From an uncultured Prevotella sp. (GTDB lineage: Bacteria; Bacteroidota; Bacteroidia; Bacteroidales; Bacteroidaceae): DNA of 64,000 bases. Shown one piece after another: positions 28,053 to 38,964 of the stretch. Below the pieces are notes generated by a model. The model saw only the letters and a list, made by a program, of their open reading frames with translations, was not told the origin of the DNA and ran no database searches. A program made the position numbers and the translations under genes. The stretch's first letter is position 1, and the number at the start of each line of letters is the position of its first letter. The stretch is taken from NCBI GenBank assembly GCA_900549175.1, contig URNN01000001.1:65-64064 (forward strand), in the 5' to 3' direction.

Positions 28053-28712
28053 ATGGGATTCTGGAGTTCACTATTAAAATATGGCGGTAAGGCTGCGCGG
28101 GGGACCGGGCACGTCCTCGGAACGACCAGCCGTACAGTGGGCAGTGCCGCACTGCACCCACAGCGCACCCTCACAGGCGCAGGAAGAGCCATGAAGACCG
28201 CAGCAGCAGGCGGTGCTGTAGGCTATGTCGCATGGGAGAAACTGACCACGGACAAGAGCGTGGCCCGCATTGTGGGCGATGCCGTCATCGGCGAGAGTGC
28301 CACCGACACCGTCGCGCAGACGGCGGATGATGTACGGGAACTGAAGGACAAGGCAGGGGAAGCCGTTGATGCGGTGAACAATGCCGCAAATAGCGTTGAC
28401 AACAAGTTCAGCGGTATCAGCGATTTCTTCAGGAACATGTTCGGAGGAGGTGGCGGTGACATGATCGGCAATTTCTTCGGGAACATCGGCCGGGGCAACG
28501 TGTCGGGGCTGAGCATCGTGGGACTGGTGGCAGCCGCCTTCATGGTATTCGGGCGCTTCGGCTGGATGAGCAAGATAGCCGGTGCGCTGCTGGGCATGAT
28601 GATTATCGGCAACAACTCCAGAGTGTCTCAGGCATTACCCAACGGCGGCACCTCTTCCAACGGTCAGTCCCTTACCGAAACGGAGTCACAAGGCAGAGGA
28701 ATGAGAAGATAA
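28053..28712 (+). CDS. Gly-rich membrane protein
   Basis: C-terminal hydrophobic segments; operon context. Confidence 0.7.
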   Translation: MGFWSSLLKYGGKAARGTGHVLGTTSRTVGSAALHPQRTLTGAGRAMKTAAAGGAVGYVAWEKLTTDKSVARIVGDAVIGESATDTVAQTADDVRELKDKAGEAVDAVNNAANSVDNKFSGISDFFRNMFGGGGGDMIGNFFGNIGRGNVSGLSIVGLVAAAFMVFGRFGWMSKIAGALLGMMIIGNNSRVSQALPNGGTSSNGQSLTETESQGRGMRR

Positions 28713-28739
28713 GCAGAAAATACTATAAATTGAAAATTC

Positions 28740-29570
28740 ATGAAATATACGGAACAGATGATACTGCGCTCACCGAGCGGCTATTGTATGCCTTTTGAGG
28801 AGCCTCAGAAACAAGACGTGCAGATGTCCCTGGGCTATGGAGAGCAGAGGCATCCTGCCACAGGGGAAACCTTCTTCCATCACGGTATCGACTTCAATGT
28901 GAACCACTACCTTTTGGCGGCCGTGGCATCAGGTACGGTGTCTGCCGTCGGGTCGGATGCCACGCACGGCATCTATCAGACCATCCGCTATGGCAAGTAC
29001 GAGGTGACATACAGGCATCTCTCCAATGTCTTCGCCAACTTTTCCCAAAGCGTGAAAGCCGGACAGACCGTTGCCGTCAGCGGAGACCTGCTACATATGG
29101 AAGTGAGGTTCGACGGTGAGGAAATCAATCCTTTGGAGTTCCTCACCATGCTCTACGGCAATATCAAGGCATTGGAGCATAACGCAATGATAGGTGCGGA
29201 CGGGAATGAGGCTTTGAACATGACCGTCCCGTCTCCCTACGACACAGACAGGCAGGAGATTGAGACCCTGATGCTCCGTTTCCTGCCCTCCTACTTTGAG
29301 GACCTGCAGCAGGGAGCATACAGTATTCCGGAGCATACCGAACAGTCATTACGCAACATCTTCTCCTTGGGTGCCGGCAAGCACTACTTCTACGAGACCA
29401 TGCCGAGCATGTCCAATCCTCTGGGTATCGGTATGCGCAGTATGCCGTTGGCGGCCAAGGTGCAGAACCTGCTGATAGCCGACTTCCTCAACTACCTTGC
29501 CATGCGCCATCAGGTCTATCTGTCCACCATGGACGACGTTCTAAAAAAAAACTCCATGAGCAAGCCCTGA
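28740..29570 (+). CDS. M23 family peptidase domain protein
   Basis: HHGID, YRHL, LHMEVR; ends just after an A9 run. Confidence 0.85.
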   Translation: MKYTEQMILRSPSGYCMPFEEPQKQDVQMSLGYGEQRHPATGETFFHHGIDFNVNHYLLAAVASGTVSAVGSDATHGIYQTIRYGKYEVTYRHLSNVFANFSQSVKAGQTVAVSGDLLHMEVRFDGEEINPLEFLTMLYGNIKALEHNAMIGADGNEALNMTVPSPYDTDRQEIETLMLRFLPSYFEDLQQGAYSIPEHTEQSLRNIFSLGAGKHYFYETMPSMSNPLGIGMRSMPLAAKVQNLLIADFLNYLAMRHQVYLSTMDDVLKKNSMSKP

Positions 29571-29875
29571 GTCATGACGGCATCATCGACCCGCTTGCGG
29601 ATCTGGACGTGGACATCCAGAGCTTCGACATTCCGAGGATGGTAAGCGTCTATCCCGACCGTGCTGGAGTGCGGTGGTGGACGAAAGCCTGGTTCAACGG
29701 CAAGGAGGATGGAGAACCGTCCGTAGAGATAGATGAGCGTATGGCAGTGCAGTTCATCCACAATATGGTGAACAAGGATGAGTGGCTGGAGGAGCATTAC
29801 CCCAGACAGATGGAAATCTACCACAATGCCATCGAGCAGACAGTAGAGCAGATATTGAAACAATATAATATATAA
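29552..29875 (+). CDS. -1 frame continuation of the M23 gene (or separate small ORF from 29609)
   Basis: Frame open from the A9 run at 29543-29551: LHEQALSHDGIIDPLADLDVDIQSFD... Confidence 0.6.
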   Translation, partial: LHEQALSHDGIIDPLADLDVDIQSFDIPRMVSVYPDRAGVRWWTKAWFNGKEDGEPSVEIDERMAVQFIHNMVNKDEWLEEHYPRQMEIYHNAIEQTVEQILKQYNI

Positions 29876-29888
29876 ATATCTAAAATGT

Positions 29889-31697
29889 ATGGCAGTTAAG
29901 AACAGTCAGCGGTTTGCAGAGATAGAGCGTCTTATGAGCGACTATTTCGGGTGTCACCTTGCCCCGGTTATGGGCAGGGTGCGGCAGGACCTGTCTCAAA
30001 AGCAGGCCGATGAGATGCGTGCCTATTCCAGCAGCGCGGCGGGCATCCTGCGCTCTATGGCAACAGCCGGAATGCCCGGCGATGACCCGTATGCCACGCT
30101 AAGAATCACAGGCGAATGGAACAGCAAGACCACCGAGGACTATCTGGCAATGTGCAGGAAATCCGTCATGGGCAACAAGGACATGCAGCGGGATCTTGCC
30201 GTGATGGCAGGGGAATGGCGCAAGGCCGTGGTGTCGGAGATTGGACGTGAGCGTTACGATACGCTCTCCAGACAGTTGGGATGTGATCTGGCATACGCAT
30301 ACATCGACCACCGCATGGAGCAACTGATGATTGACAGGATGGTGAAAGACCGTATGCCCAAATCCTCGGCCGACTATATCCTTCGCAAGGCGGCACAGAC
30401 CAGCCTGTTCAGCCTGCCCTACGAACTGAACAAGTCACCGCTTGCCGCCGAGATAGAAGCAAGAGGAGAAGCGGCCTATAAGCCCTCACGGACGGAAAAA
30501 GCCGTAGGATGGACAGTGGGAGCTTCAGCCGATGCCGTAGCGATGGGAGGTGTCAGCTCATGGGCAACATTCGCAAAATTTGTGGGCATTGATGTGATGC
30601 TCAATGCCGGAACGGAACATCTGAGCAGGAAGGTCAGCGAGCGTGAGGTCAGCGTGGAGGATTGTATCAGCAAGGGTGTTTGGGGAACGGACAGCAATGT
30701 CTTTTCCGCTTTCCGGAAGGAGGCCCAAGGCATCAGAAAACACGAGAACAGTTATATCAAGACCACCAATGCCCTTCTCAAAAATAAGATTCCCACGCAA
30801 AATTATATGCTTATGAATTGGATGAAACAGCCCGAACAGACAAAGTTCCCGTGGAATAAGGGAACCTTCCTCGATCCCCATGCCGCCGATGCGGCACAGC
30901 GCAAGGGCAAATACAAGGATGTGCCCATGATTGTGGCACCAGGTAAGGAAGATGAATATCTGGATATAAAGGCACGGCAAGAAGCCGGAGTAAAGAATGA
31001 GAAAAAGGCGCAGGAAAAGCCACAGGACATACCGCAAGAAAGGCAGGAGCAGAATACAGGAACGTCCACACAACCGGAAGACTCCCCTGTGCAGACCAAC
31101 GAAAGCGGTTGGGACGGGCTACTGCAGAGTTTCGGGTTGAATGGCTTTTCAGACATCGGCAAGAATCTTGGCTATGTGCTTGCCATGCTTCCCGATGTGC
31201 TTGTCGGGCTGTTCACAGGCAAGACAAAATCACTGAATTTGGATAACAGCCTGCTTCCGCTGGCCGCCATTGCCGCAGGAATATTCGTGAAGAACCCTAT
31301 TCTCAAGATAATGCTGATGGGCATGGGCGGAGCCAACCTGCTGAACAAGACCGGGCATGAGGTGCTGGACAGAAAACAGCATGAAGGCATCGCTTCACCT
31401 GCCACAAATAATGCAAGCCACAACGTACAGTACCGCCAATATCCCGACGAGCCGCTCAACCCGCGTATCAGCACCCCTATGCTGCAAGGACGGTGCCTTG
31501 TCGCCAGTATAGACAATGTGCCCTGTACCATCCAGTTGCCCGACAGCGTAATTGGGGCCTACCAGTCTGGCGCATTGCCGTTGAACACCCTTGCCAATGC
31601 CATACTTGCGAAGAACGACCAGATGCGGCAGGTGGCAGCGGCACAATATGAGGAGAATGCCCGTGAGGCGGTTGCAAGACCAAGAGGAATACAATAA
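29889..31697 (+). CDS. Conserved hypothetical backbone protein with hydrophobic C-terminal region
   Basis: 602-aa ORF in operon. Confidence 0.75.
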   Translation: MAVKNSQRFAEIERLMSDYFGCHLAPVMGRVRQDLSQKQADEMRAYSSSAAGILRSMATAGMPGDDPYATLRITGEWNSKTTEDYLAMCRKSVMGNKDMQRDLAVMAGEWRKAVVSEIGRERYDTLSRQLGCDLAYAYIDHRMEQLMIDRMVKDRMPKSSADYILRKAAQTSLFSLPYELNKSPLAAEIEARGEAAYKPSRTEKAVGWTVGASADAVAMGGVSSWATFAKFVGIDVMLNAGTEHLSRKVSEREVSVEDCISKGVWGTDSNVFSAFRKEAQGIRKHENSYIKTTNALLKNKIPTQNYMLMNWMKQPEQTKFPWNKGTFLDPHAADAAQRKGKYKDVPMIVAPGKEDEYLDIKARQEAGVKNEKKAQEKPQDIPQERQEQNTGTSTQPEDSPVQTNESGWDGLLQSFGLNGFSDIGKNLGYVLAMLPDVLVGLFTGKTKSLNLDNSLLPLAAIAAGIFVKNPILKIMLMGMGGANLLNKTGHEVLDRKQHEGIASPATNNASHNVQYRQYPDEPLNPRISTPMLQGRCLVASIDNVPCTIQLPDSVIGAYQSGALPLNTLANAILAKNDQMRQVAAAQYEENAREAVARPRGIQ

Positions 31698-31716
31698 TCA
31701 AAAGAATTAAGTATAT

Positions 31717-34230
31717 ATGAAAGACAAGACAGAACAGAACGAACAGCAGGAGCAGAATACCAAAGGCCAAATTGAGAAAAGGGCTACCGACAAGCAGGTG
31801 GAGTTGCTCAATGAGGCACTGACGACTGCCGTGGATGCAGGCGGCCATTGGCTGAACGCCAGCGGAAAATTGTACCCGAAGCTCTACCCGAAAGGCTTTG
31901 CGGTCAGTCCGTTCAATGCCGTTATCCTTGCCCTCGACTCCGATGCGAAAGGCTGCAAGACCAATCTCTTCACACTCTTCTCGGAAGCCAAGGCACGCGG
32001 AGAGAGTGTGAGGGAGCATGAGAAGGGCGTACCGTTCCTTTACTACAACTGGAACAAGTATGTGAACCGCAACAATCCGGACGATGTAATCTCCAGAGAG
32101 GCATATACGGAATTGCCGGAACAGGACAAACTACAGTACAAGGGAGTGAAGAACAGGGAGACCAGAATGCTTTTCAATATCGACCAGACGCTCCTGCCCA
32201 TGTCCAACGAGACAGACTACAACATCGCATTGAGAAAGAACGGCAATATCGAGGAGCGTGGCTATGGTTCCAAGGAGGACAAACAGCTGCACGGCCATGT
32301 CAACGCATTTCTTCAGAAGATGAAGGACAACCTTGTCGCTGTACGGCAGGACGGTACGGGAGTCGCCCATTATGACACGGAGAAGGACGTTATCTACCTG
32401 CCACGTCAGCGTGACTTCGAGCATTACAACGACTATGTACAGGAGATGATGCGCCAGCTGGTGTCCGCTACCGGCCATCAGCAGCGCCTGGCACGTGAGG
32501 GTATGGTCATGAAGAACGGAGTGGCTCCGTCGGAGGATGCCGTCAGAAAGGAGCGTCTCATAACCGAAATCGCCTCCGGGGTGAAGATGCTGGAACTGGG
32601 ATTGCCCGCACGTCTGTCAAAGGACAGTCTCGGCATGGTGGACTATTGGACGAGGGAACTCAAGGAAGACCCTCGCCTGATTGATGCCGTAGAGAGTGAG
32701 GTGAACGGTGCGCTGAATGTGCTGAAGAAAGCGGAACAGGATGAGAAGGTGGAGTATGCCACCAACCAGAATCAAAGGGAGACTGCACGGATACAGGAAC
32801 AGATGCCCGGACACTTCTTTGTGTCGGACGAGATCAGACAGCATCCCAGCGAGGAACGGAGAACTGTGGTCATCGTAAGGGATGCAGAAGGCAAGGCCGC
32901 AGACGTGGTATTGCCACAAGGGGCTTCGCTGGAGGTGAACAACGAGATAAAGGGCATGAACAAACAACGTTTCACCAGTGCCCTGCAGAAGGAAGGCTAT
33001 GACACCGTGCGTTTCTACAATCCCGACGGAGCATTGGGTTTCCGTCCGGACGACAGCTATTTCGCCGACAAGAAGATAACCGTGTCACGACTGAGAAACT
33101 GGTCGATAGAGGATCTGTCCTCCCTGGATGCCACAGAAGCTGTGAGCCACAGCAGGGACATCGGCTTTGACAGCGTGCAGATGGTGAAGGACGACAAGGA
33201 ACGGTGGGCACTGTACATCAAGCCGGAGGGCAGGGACGGCTTTGCCGTCTATCCCGACAAGGGTGACCTCAACCAGTTCTTCACCACCTTGAAGCAGTCG
33301 ATGGACAATATCGAGAACGTGCGTGTGGAGCTGGCGCAGAAATACTATGCCATGGCAGAGGCAAAACCCGATATGAAGGTTGACATCTTCGGCGCCACGG
33401 ACAAGGAGGTTGACCTGAACCGTATTCAGCGTGTCGCCGTGTTCCGTGCCAAGTCTGGAGCCTGCCTGTGCGCAGCCACCATCGACGGCAGGAAGATGCA
33501 GCCGAGAAGCGTCAGCCCCTCCCAATGGCAGCGTCTGTGGGTGGCTCCAGACAGGGAATCCTACAAGCAAAATCTTGCAGCCTCGCTGTTTGCCGATGTA
33601 TTGCAAAAGGACAATGCCGTAGAACAGACCCGGCAGGAAAAGCAGGAGGAGGCGACAGAGAACAGACAGGCGGAGACGGCTACTGTCGGGAAGCATGAAG
33701 AACAGATGCAGGAGGGTCTGCATGAGGACAGTCAGGCTGAGGAAAAGGAGAAGAGCAGGAAAAAGGAAGAGGCGGATAAAGAGCAGAAGGAACAGGAAGA
33801 GAAGAAAGAGGAAAAGGCAGTAAAAGCCGCTGTCTCACCTCTCGTCAGGCAGTATCTTGACCTGAAGAGAAAACATCCTGACGCAGTCCTTCTTTTCCGT
33901 TGCGGCGATTTCTACGAGACCTATAAGGAGGATGCAGTCAAGGCATCCAATATTCTCGGCATCACCCTGACGAAGAGTACAAGCCGCAAGGATGACGAGG
34001 GCAAGCCGCTTGCAATGGCTGGCTTTCCTTATCATGCATTGGATACATACCTTCCCAAATTGATTAGGGCCGGTGAACGTGTCGCCATCTGTGACCAGCT
34101 GGAGGATCCGAGACAAAAGACCTTGGCTAAGAGAGGTGCCGGTGAAACGGTCTCGCCTGTGAACAAGGCAGAAAATGCCGTTTCATCTGAGAATAAGACA
34201 GAAGAACAACATTCAGGACTGAGGAGATAG
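31717..34230 (+). CDS. Polyvalent protein: ArdC-like ssDNA-binding domain, degenerate zincin, C-terminal MutS domain I
   Basis: [61 protein letters not shown]. Confidence 0.8.
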   Translation: MKDKTEQNEQQEQNTKGQIEKRATDKQVELLNEALTTAVDAGGHWLNASGKLYPKLYPKGFAVSPFNAVILALDSDAKGCKTNLFTLFSEAKARGESVREHEKGVPFLYYNWNKYVNRNNPDDVISREAYTELPEQDKLQYKGVKNRETRMLFNIDQTLLPMSNETDYNIALRKNGNIEERGYGSKEDKQLHGHVNAFLQKMKDNLVAVRQDGTGVAHYDTEKDVIYLPRQRDFEHYNDYVQEMMRQLVSATGHQQRLAREGMVMKNGVAPSEDAVRKERLITEIASGVKMLELGLPARLSKDSLGMVDYWTRELKEDPRLIDAVESEVNGALNVLKKAEQDEKVEYATNQNQRETARIQEQMPGHFFVSDEIRQHPSEERRTVVIVRDAEGKAADVVLPQGASLEVNNEIKGMNKQRFTSALQKEGYDTVRFYNPDGALGFRPDDSYFADKKITVSRLRNWSIEDLSSLDATEAVSHSRDIGFDSVQMVKDDKERWALYIKPEGRDGFAVYPDKGDLNQFFTTLKQSMDNIENVRVELAQKYYAMAEAKPDMKVDIFGATDKEVDLNRIQRVAVFRAKSGACLCAATIDGRKMQPRSVSPSQWQRLWVAPDRESYKQNLAASLFADVLQKDNAVEQTRQEKQEEATENRQAETATVGKHEEQMQEGLHEDSQAEEKEKSRKKEEADKEQKEQEEKKEEKAVKAAVSPLVRQYLDLKRKHPDAVLLFRCGDFYETYKEDAVKASNILGITLTKSTSRKDDEGKPLAMAGFPYHALDTYLPKLIRAGERVAICDQLEDPRQKTLAKRGAGETVSPVNKAENAVSSENKTEEQHSGLRR

Positions 34231-34234
34231 ACGT

Positions 34235-35791
34235 ATGGGAAAGAACGCTGAGTATGCCGCACAATATGCGGAGGAGGCCAAGGAGCAGATGCGGAGGTAT
34301 GGCATACCCGCCTCCGTCATCCTTGCACAGGGAATACTGGAGAGCAGCAACGGCCAGAGCGAGCTGTCACGCAACTGCAACAACCATTTCGGTATCAAGG
34401 CAACCGCGTCATGGCTGAAAAACGGCGGCGAGTATGCGCTTTATACCGATGACAAGCCTAACGAGAAGTTCTGCAAGTATAGGACTGTGGGCGACAGTTA
34501 TGAGCATCATTCTCAATTTCTGAAGAACAACAGCCGGTATGCCCGGTGCTTTGATCTTTCCCCTGATGATTACAGGGGATGGACACGGGGCATAGAGAAA
34601 GCGGGATATGCCACGGGCGGCGGTTATGCGGCGAGTCTGCAACGCATCATCGAGGCCAACGGACTGGACCGTTATGACAAGGAGGTGATGCTGGAGATGA
34701 AGGCCGAGGGACGGACGTTTGGAGTGGATGGCAATCCCCGTGGGGAGACACCCGCGTCTGACGTATCGCAGTCCGTTGAGTATTCATTTCCCGTAAAGCG
34801 GGAGGAGTTTCTCTTTGTCACCTCCCCTTTCGGCTATCGTCAGGACCCGATGGACACGTCCAGGCAGCAGATGCACAAAGGCATTGACATAAAGACAAGC
34901 CATGATGCGGTGCTGGCTACGGAAAACGGCGGCAAGGTAGTGGCGGTAAACCATAATGCCAACACGGCTGGCGGCAAGTCCGTAACAGTGGAATACACAC
35001 GTGAGGACGGCGGTAAGGTGCAATGCTCATACCTGCATCTGTCCGACATATCCGCAAAGGTCGGAGATACCGTCAATGCCGGACAGAAGTTGGGCGTTTC
35101 GGGGAATACCGGCACACGGACTACAGGCGAGCACCTGCATTTTGGTGTAAAGGCTGTTGCCGATGACGGAACGAGACGTGACATGGATCCTGCCGCTTAT
35201 CTGGCAGAGATAGGCCAAAAGGGCAACATCAAGCTTCAGGCATTGCACAATGGCAACGATTTGCTGGCGAAATACAAGAGCGATATGCCGCAAGAACAGA
35301 ATACTTCATCTGAGGGCTGGATGAAGAAGCTGCTTTCTTCTGAAGACAGCGGTGTGGGCATATCTGGCACCAATGACCCGATACTGGATATGGCGATGAC
35401 GACTTTCATGTCGCTGATGATGCTGGCGGCACAGATAGACAGCCGGGACGAGGAACGGCAAAAGGGACTTATTTCAGCGATGGCTGCCGGCAGAACGGTG
35501 GATTTGACTCCGCTCATTCCGGGCATGAGACAATGCGCCCTGTCTGTGGGTGAGAATGGCAGGACTATCCTTCAGGCAGACAATGGCACAGTGAGAATAA
35601 ACCGTGAGCTGACATCCTCGGAGATGAACCGCTTGGCATTGGTGCTGGGGCAGGAGAACTTGCCGGAGGAAAGCAGGCGAATGAAAATTGCGGGGATGGT
35701 GACAGGCATCATCGCCACACAGCAGGCCTCGCAGAACTTCGAGCAAGGGATGGAGGCTGAGAGCCAACAACAAAATCTACAACGTAAATGA
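34235..35791 (+). CDS. GH73 glucosaminidase + M23 peptidase peptidoglycan hydrolase
   Basis: AQGILESSNG..NNHFGIK..GYAT; HKGID, YLHL, HLH. Confidence 0.9.
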   Translation: MGKNAEYAAQYAEEAKEQMRRYGIPASVILAQGILESSNGQSELSRNCNNHFGIKATASWLKNGGEYALYTDDKPNEKFCKYRTVGDSYEHHSQFLKNNSRYARCFDLSPDDYRGWTRGIEKAGYATGGGYAASLQRIIEANGLDRYDKEVMLEMKAEGRTFGVDGNPRGETPASDVSQSVEYSFPVKREEFLFVTSPFGYRQDPMDTSRQQMHKGIDIKTSHDAVLATENGGKVVAVNHNANTAGGKSVTVEYTREDGGKVQCSYLHLSDISAKVGDTVNAGQKLGVSGNTGTRTTGEHLHFGVKAVADDGTRRDMDPAAYLAEIGQKGNIKLQALHNGNDLLAKYKSDMPQEQNTSSEGWMKKLLSSEDSGVGISGTNDPILDMAMTTFMSLMMLAAQIDSRDEERQKGLISAMAAGRTVDLTPLIPGMRQCALSVGENGRTILQADNGTVRINRELTSSEMNRLALVLGQENLPEESRRMKIAGMVTGIIATQQASQNFEQGMEAESQQQNLQRK

Positions 35792-35970
35792 AAAGAATCT
35801 TGAACGGCATTGGCAAGGTTGCATTTGTACTTGCCTTAGTAACGGGACATTATTTGTTCTGGCGGTGGGCGGTTGGTGAGACATTCTCCATTGTCTATAC
35901 GGCCATACAGATACTGATTGCCTTATGGGTAATTTACGAACTGATACGTGCCCCTGTAATTGATGACTGA
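35788..35970 (+). CDS. Small two-TM membrane protein
   Basis: Start overlaps the previous stop; two hydrophobic helices. Confidence 0.6.
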   Translation: MKRILNGIGKVAFVLALVTGHYLFWRWAVGETFSIVYTAIQILIALWVIYELIRAPVIDD

Positions 35971-36113
35971 AAGGGATAGACATTGCAGGTACATTGGCTT
36001 CGCAGATGTTTTCTCGCCATGGCAATGATTGAACAGGTTCATCATTGCTCGTCCGGCTTAACGGAAACATTCCACTTGGACACTGGAAATTATAACCCAA
36101 AACGTATCAAGCA

Positions 36114-36794
36114 ATGATTAAATGTAATGTAACAGTATGCGGAACGGTCAGCAAGACAGCGACCTGCCGCACGAACAAGGAAGGCAAGCCGTTCGTGAGC
36201 TTTGCCGTGAATGTGGTGATTCCTGCAAAGAACGGGATAAACAAGACAGTCGAGGTGTCGGTCATCAAGGACGGGACACTGACGGAAATGGGCGGCTGTA
36301 ATGTGGGCAGCCGTATTGAGGTTACGGGAGTGCTCACACCAAGGAAACGCGGTGATGCCATGTACTTCAACCTGTCGGCCGACAACATCAATGACAATCC
36401 TGCCGAGGTACAGGACTGTATCAAGGGGGATATGGAGTTCCGTGGCAAGACCGGCAAAAACATCGTGGAGAAGCAGGACAAGAATGGAGTGCCGTTCATC
36501 AAGTTCTCCGGTTTCTCTGCCGAGAAGGTACAGGATGGCTTTGAGTACATCTGGGTCAGCTTCTTCCTGTTTGACGGCAAGCGTGAGGAATGGCTGCAGC
36601 CGGGTGTGAAGGCAAGCATCAAGGGTGCCTTGTCTCTTTCCGTGTTCAATGACAAGCTGGACTTCTCCTGCCGTATCTCAGAGATGAGCGAGTATGTGCC
36701 ACAACCGAACGAGCAGCGAGAGCAGAGAGGAGCAGGCTCCGTCTATGCCGAGTCGCAAGGGAGGAAGACCGAAGGTCAAACATATAACGGATGA
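36114..36794 (+). CDS. ssb: Tandem OB-fold SSB-like protein with an in-frame mini-element at the C-terminus
   Basis: VTVCGTV..GKPFVSFAV..GSRIEVTGVL pattern occurs twice. Confidence 0.7.
   Translation: MIKCNVTVCGTVSKTATCRTNKEGKPFVSFAVNVVIPAKNGINKTVEVSVIKDGTLTEMGGCNVGSRIEVTGVLTPRKRGDAMYFNLSADNINDNPAEVQDCIKGDMEFRGKTGKNIVEKQDKNGVPFIKFSGFSAEKVQDGFEYIWVSFFLFDGKREEWLQPGVKASIKGALSLSVFNDKLDFSCRISEMSEYVPQPNEQREQRGAGSVYAESQGRKTEGQTYNG
36707..36781 (+). mobile_element. Miniature structured insertion, copy 3 (75 bp, in frame)
   Basis: CAACC/CAAAC flanks; removal gives ..VPQPYNG*. Confidence 0.7.
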
Positions 36795-38731
36795 CTCTGA
36801 TGGGAAAGTCATATACAAAAGACGGTCCGAGTGCCGAGGATAAGGCACTCGACCTTTTTTCAGAGCTGATGGTTGAGCGCATTCAGTCATTGTCAGGGAA
36901 AGACAGTTGGAAAAAGCCATGGTTTACTGACGGTGCGCTACAGTGGCCAAAGAACTTAAACGGACGTGAGTACAACGGTCAAAACGCCCTTATGTTGCTC
37001 CTGCATTGTGAGAAGGAAGGCTATAAGATACCGCGCTTCTGCACGTTTGACTGCATACAGCGGATGAACTGCAAGGACAGCAAAGGCGAGGAAGAAAAAC
37101 CTCGTGTGTCCGTGTTGAAGGGTGAGCATTCTTTCCCCGTGATGCTTACCACATTCACTTGCGTACACAAAGAGACAAAAGAGCGTATCAAATGGGATGA
37201 CTATAAGCGCCTTTCTCAGGATGAGCAGGAAAAATACAATGTATATCCCAAGATGCAGGTCTTCCGGGTTTTTAATATTCAACAGACCAATCTGAAAGAA
37301 GCCCGCCCCGAACTGTGGCAGAAGCTGGAGCAGGAATATTCAAAGCCTATTGCAGAAAAAGGAGAGCAGTATGCCTTTGAGCCTGTTGACAGGATGATTA
37401 CAGACAACCGCTGGATTTGTCCTATCAAGCCTACATACGGCGATTCCGCATACTATTCTATCAGTAAGAATGAAATCGTGGTTCCCGAAAAACCGCAGTT
37501 CAGGGATGGCGAGTCATTCTATGGGACAGCCTTTCATGAAATGGCACACTCAACCGGTGCGGAAGGGCAGCTGAACAGAATAAATCCGTCTGCTTTCGGT
37601 TCTGCCGAGTATGCCCGTGAGGAACTTGTCGCCGAACTGACCGCTGCACTGACGGCACAGCGATACGGCATGACGAAGAACTTGAAAGATGACTCGGCTG
37701 CCTATCTCAAGTCATGGCTGGACTCCCTGAAAGAATCGCCGCAGTTTATCAAGACCACGCTGCTTGACGTAAAGAAAGCCGCCTCAATGCTTACGCAGCA
37801 TATCGACAAGATGGCTGTGGAGATTGAGAACGAGAAAACTGCAAAGCAGGAAAACGGGCAATGGGAAAGCTATCTGTCCATAGAAGACGGAGGATACACA
37901 ATGATGCCCTATAATGGTTCTGCTGTATATATCCAACATCACGAGAAAGAAGATACACTAAAGGTGGCTGTACCGACGAGTAACGGTCTGGAAGTCAAAC
38001 TCACGGTTCCTCACGACCATAGCAAAGACCTTGACAGCAATTATCAGGAGGCATTTGCCCGATACAAGAGCCAGAGTCATACAGATGCTTCACAATCGAA
38101 AGAAAAGACCTATTATGCGTCCGTAGCTTACCTGCAATCTGCCGATGATACAAATAAGTTCGACGAGTTGAAAGAAAAAGGCGACGGGAAAGGTATTTTG
38201 GCTCTCGCCAGGGAATACTATGACGGTAACGGCATGGATGAGGAGCAGACTTATAAGTCCGCCTGCAAAGAAAGAGGTGATTTTCTTCTAACGGAGGATA
38301 ATGAGTTTGTCGTTGTTTTTAACGGGATTATCAGCGGCACATACGAAATATACCTGAAGCATACGGAACAGGAGGTCCGTGACCATATCATACGTTATGG
38401 CATCGGACGTGCCAGTGAAGATGTAAAAGAGGTGGCAAGGGAAATGGTCGCTGAGGAATTTTCAGAAATGGAACGGCGCAAACTCCCGGTGTTCCAAATG
38501 CCGGACGGCGGTCTTCTGAACCTGCAATACGACAAGGTGAGGGACAATCTGGATGTCGGCACGGTGATGAATGCCGGATTTTCTGTCAGGCACTCCTTTC
38601 AGTACGACCATGACAATTCGCTGGACATGAATATACAAGAGGTGTACAGGCAACTGTTAGAAATGCCGAAGTACCGACAAAAGAATGAAGAACTGGAAGA
38701 ACACGTCGCTAAATCAGCTTTCCGCAGGTAA
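36791..38731 (+). CDS. ardC: ArdC-like ssDNA-binding + zincin metallopeptidase antirestriction protein
   Basis: WKKPW, YNGQN, VFNIQQT, HEMAHSTG, YAREELVAEL, AYLKSW. Confidence 0.85.
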   Translation: MTLMGKSYTKDGPSAEDKALDLFSELMVERIQSLSGKDSWKKPWFTDGALQWPKNLNGREYNGQNALMLLLHCEKEGYKIPRFCTFDCIQRMNCKDSKGEEEKPRVSVLKGEHSFPVMLTTFTCVHKETKERIKWDDYKRLSQDEQEKYNVYPKMQVFRVFNIQQTNLKEARPELWQKLEQEYSKPIAEKGEQYAFEPVDRMITDNRWICPIKPTYGDSAYYSISKNEIVVPEKPQFRDGESFYGTAFHEMAHSTGAEGQLNRINPSAFGSAEYAREELVAELTAALTAQRYGMTKNLKDDSAAYLKSWLDSLKESPQFIKTTLLDVKKAASMLTQHIDKMAVEIENEKTAKQENGQWESYLSIEDGGYTMMPYNGSAVYIQHHEKEDTLKVAVPTSNGLEVKLTVPHDHSKDLDSNYQEAFARYKSQSHTDASQSKEKTYYASVAYLQSADDTNKFDELKEKGDGKGILALAREYYDGNGMDEEQTYKSACKERGDFLLTEDNEFVVVFNGIISGTYEIYLKHTEQEVRDHIIRYGIGRASEDVKEVAREMVAEEFSEMERRKLPVFQMPDGGLLNLQYDKVRDNLDVGTVMNAGFSVRHSFQYDHDNSLDMNIQEVYRQLLEMPKYRQKNEELEEHVAKSAFRR

Positions 38732-38792
38732 AGACAGAATCATTGTAAATACTGTCCGTAGGTTGTACTCATAATAGTATGCACTAACAATT

Positions 38793-38829
38793 TTCAGCCG
38801 CAGGGAGTCTTTTTCTCCCTGCGGCTGAA
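38793..38829. terminator. Terminator hairpin between convergent operons
   Basis: TTCAGCCGCAGGGAG/CTCCCTGCGGCTGAA perfect stem. Confidence 0.85.
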
Positions 38830-38964
38830 CCGTTCTGTCCCTTTTGGCAATCCTTATATCATTAGTGAAATCTTCATTTCCAGATTATATTCCAATAATG
38901 GAAAGTGGATGTAAAGGGAATTGCCTAAATCACTATTAGTTTTGTATTTTCATACTTGTATCAG

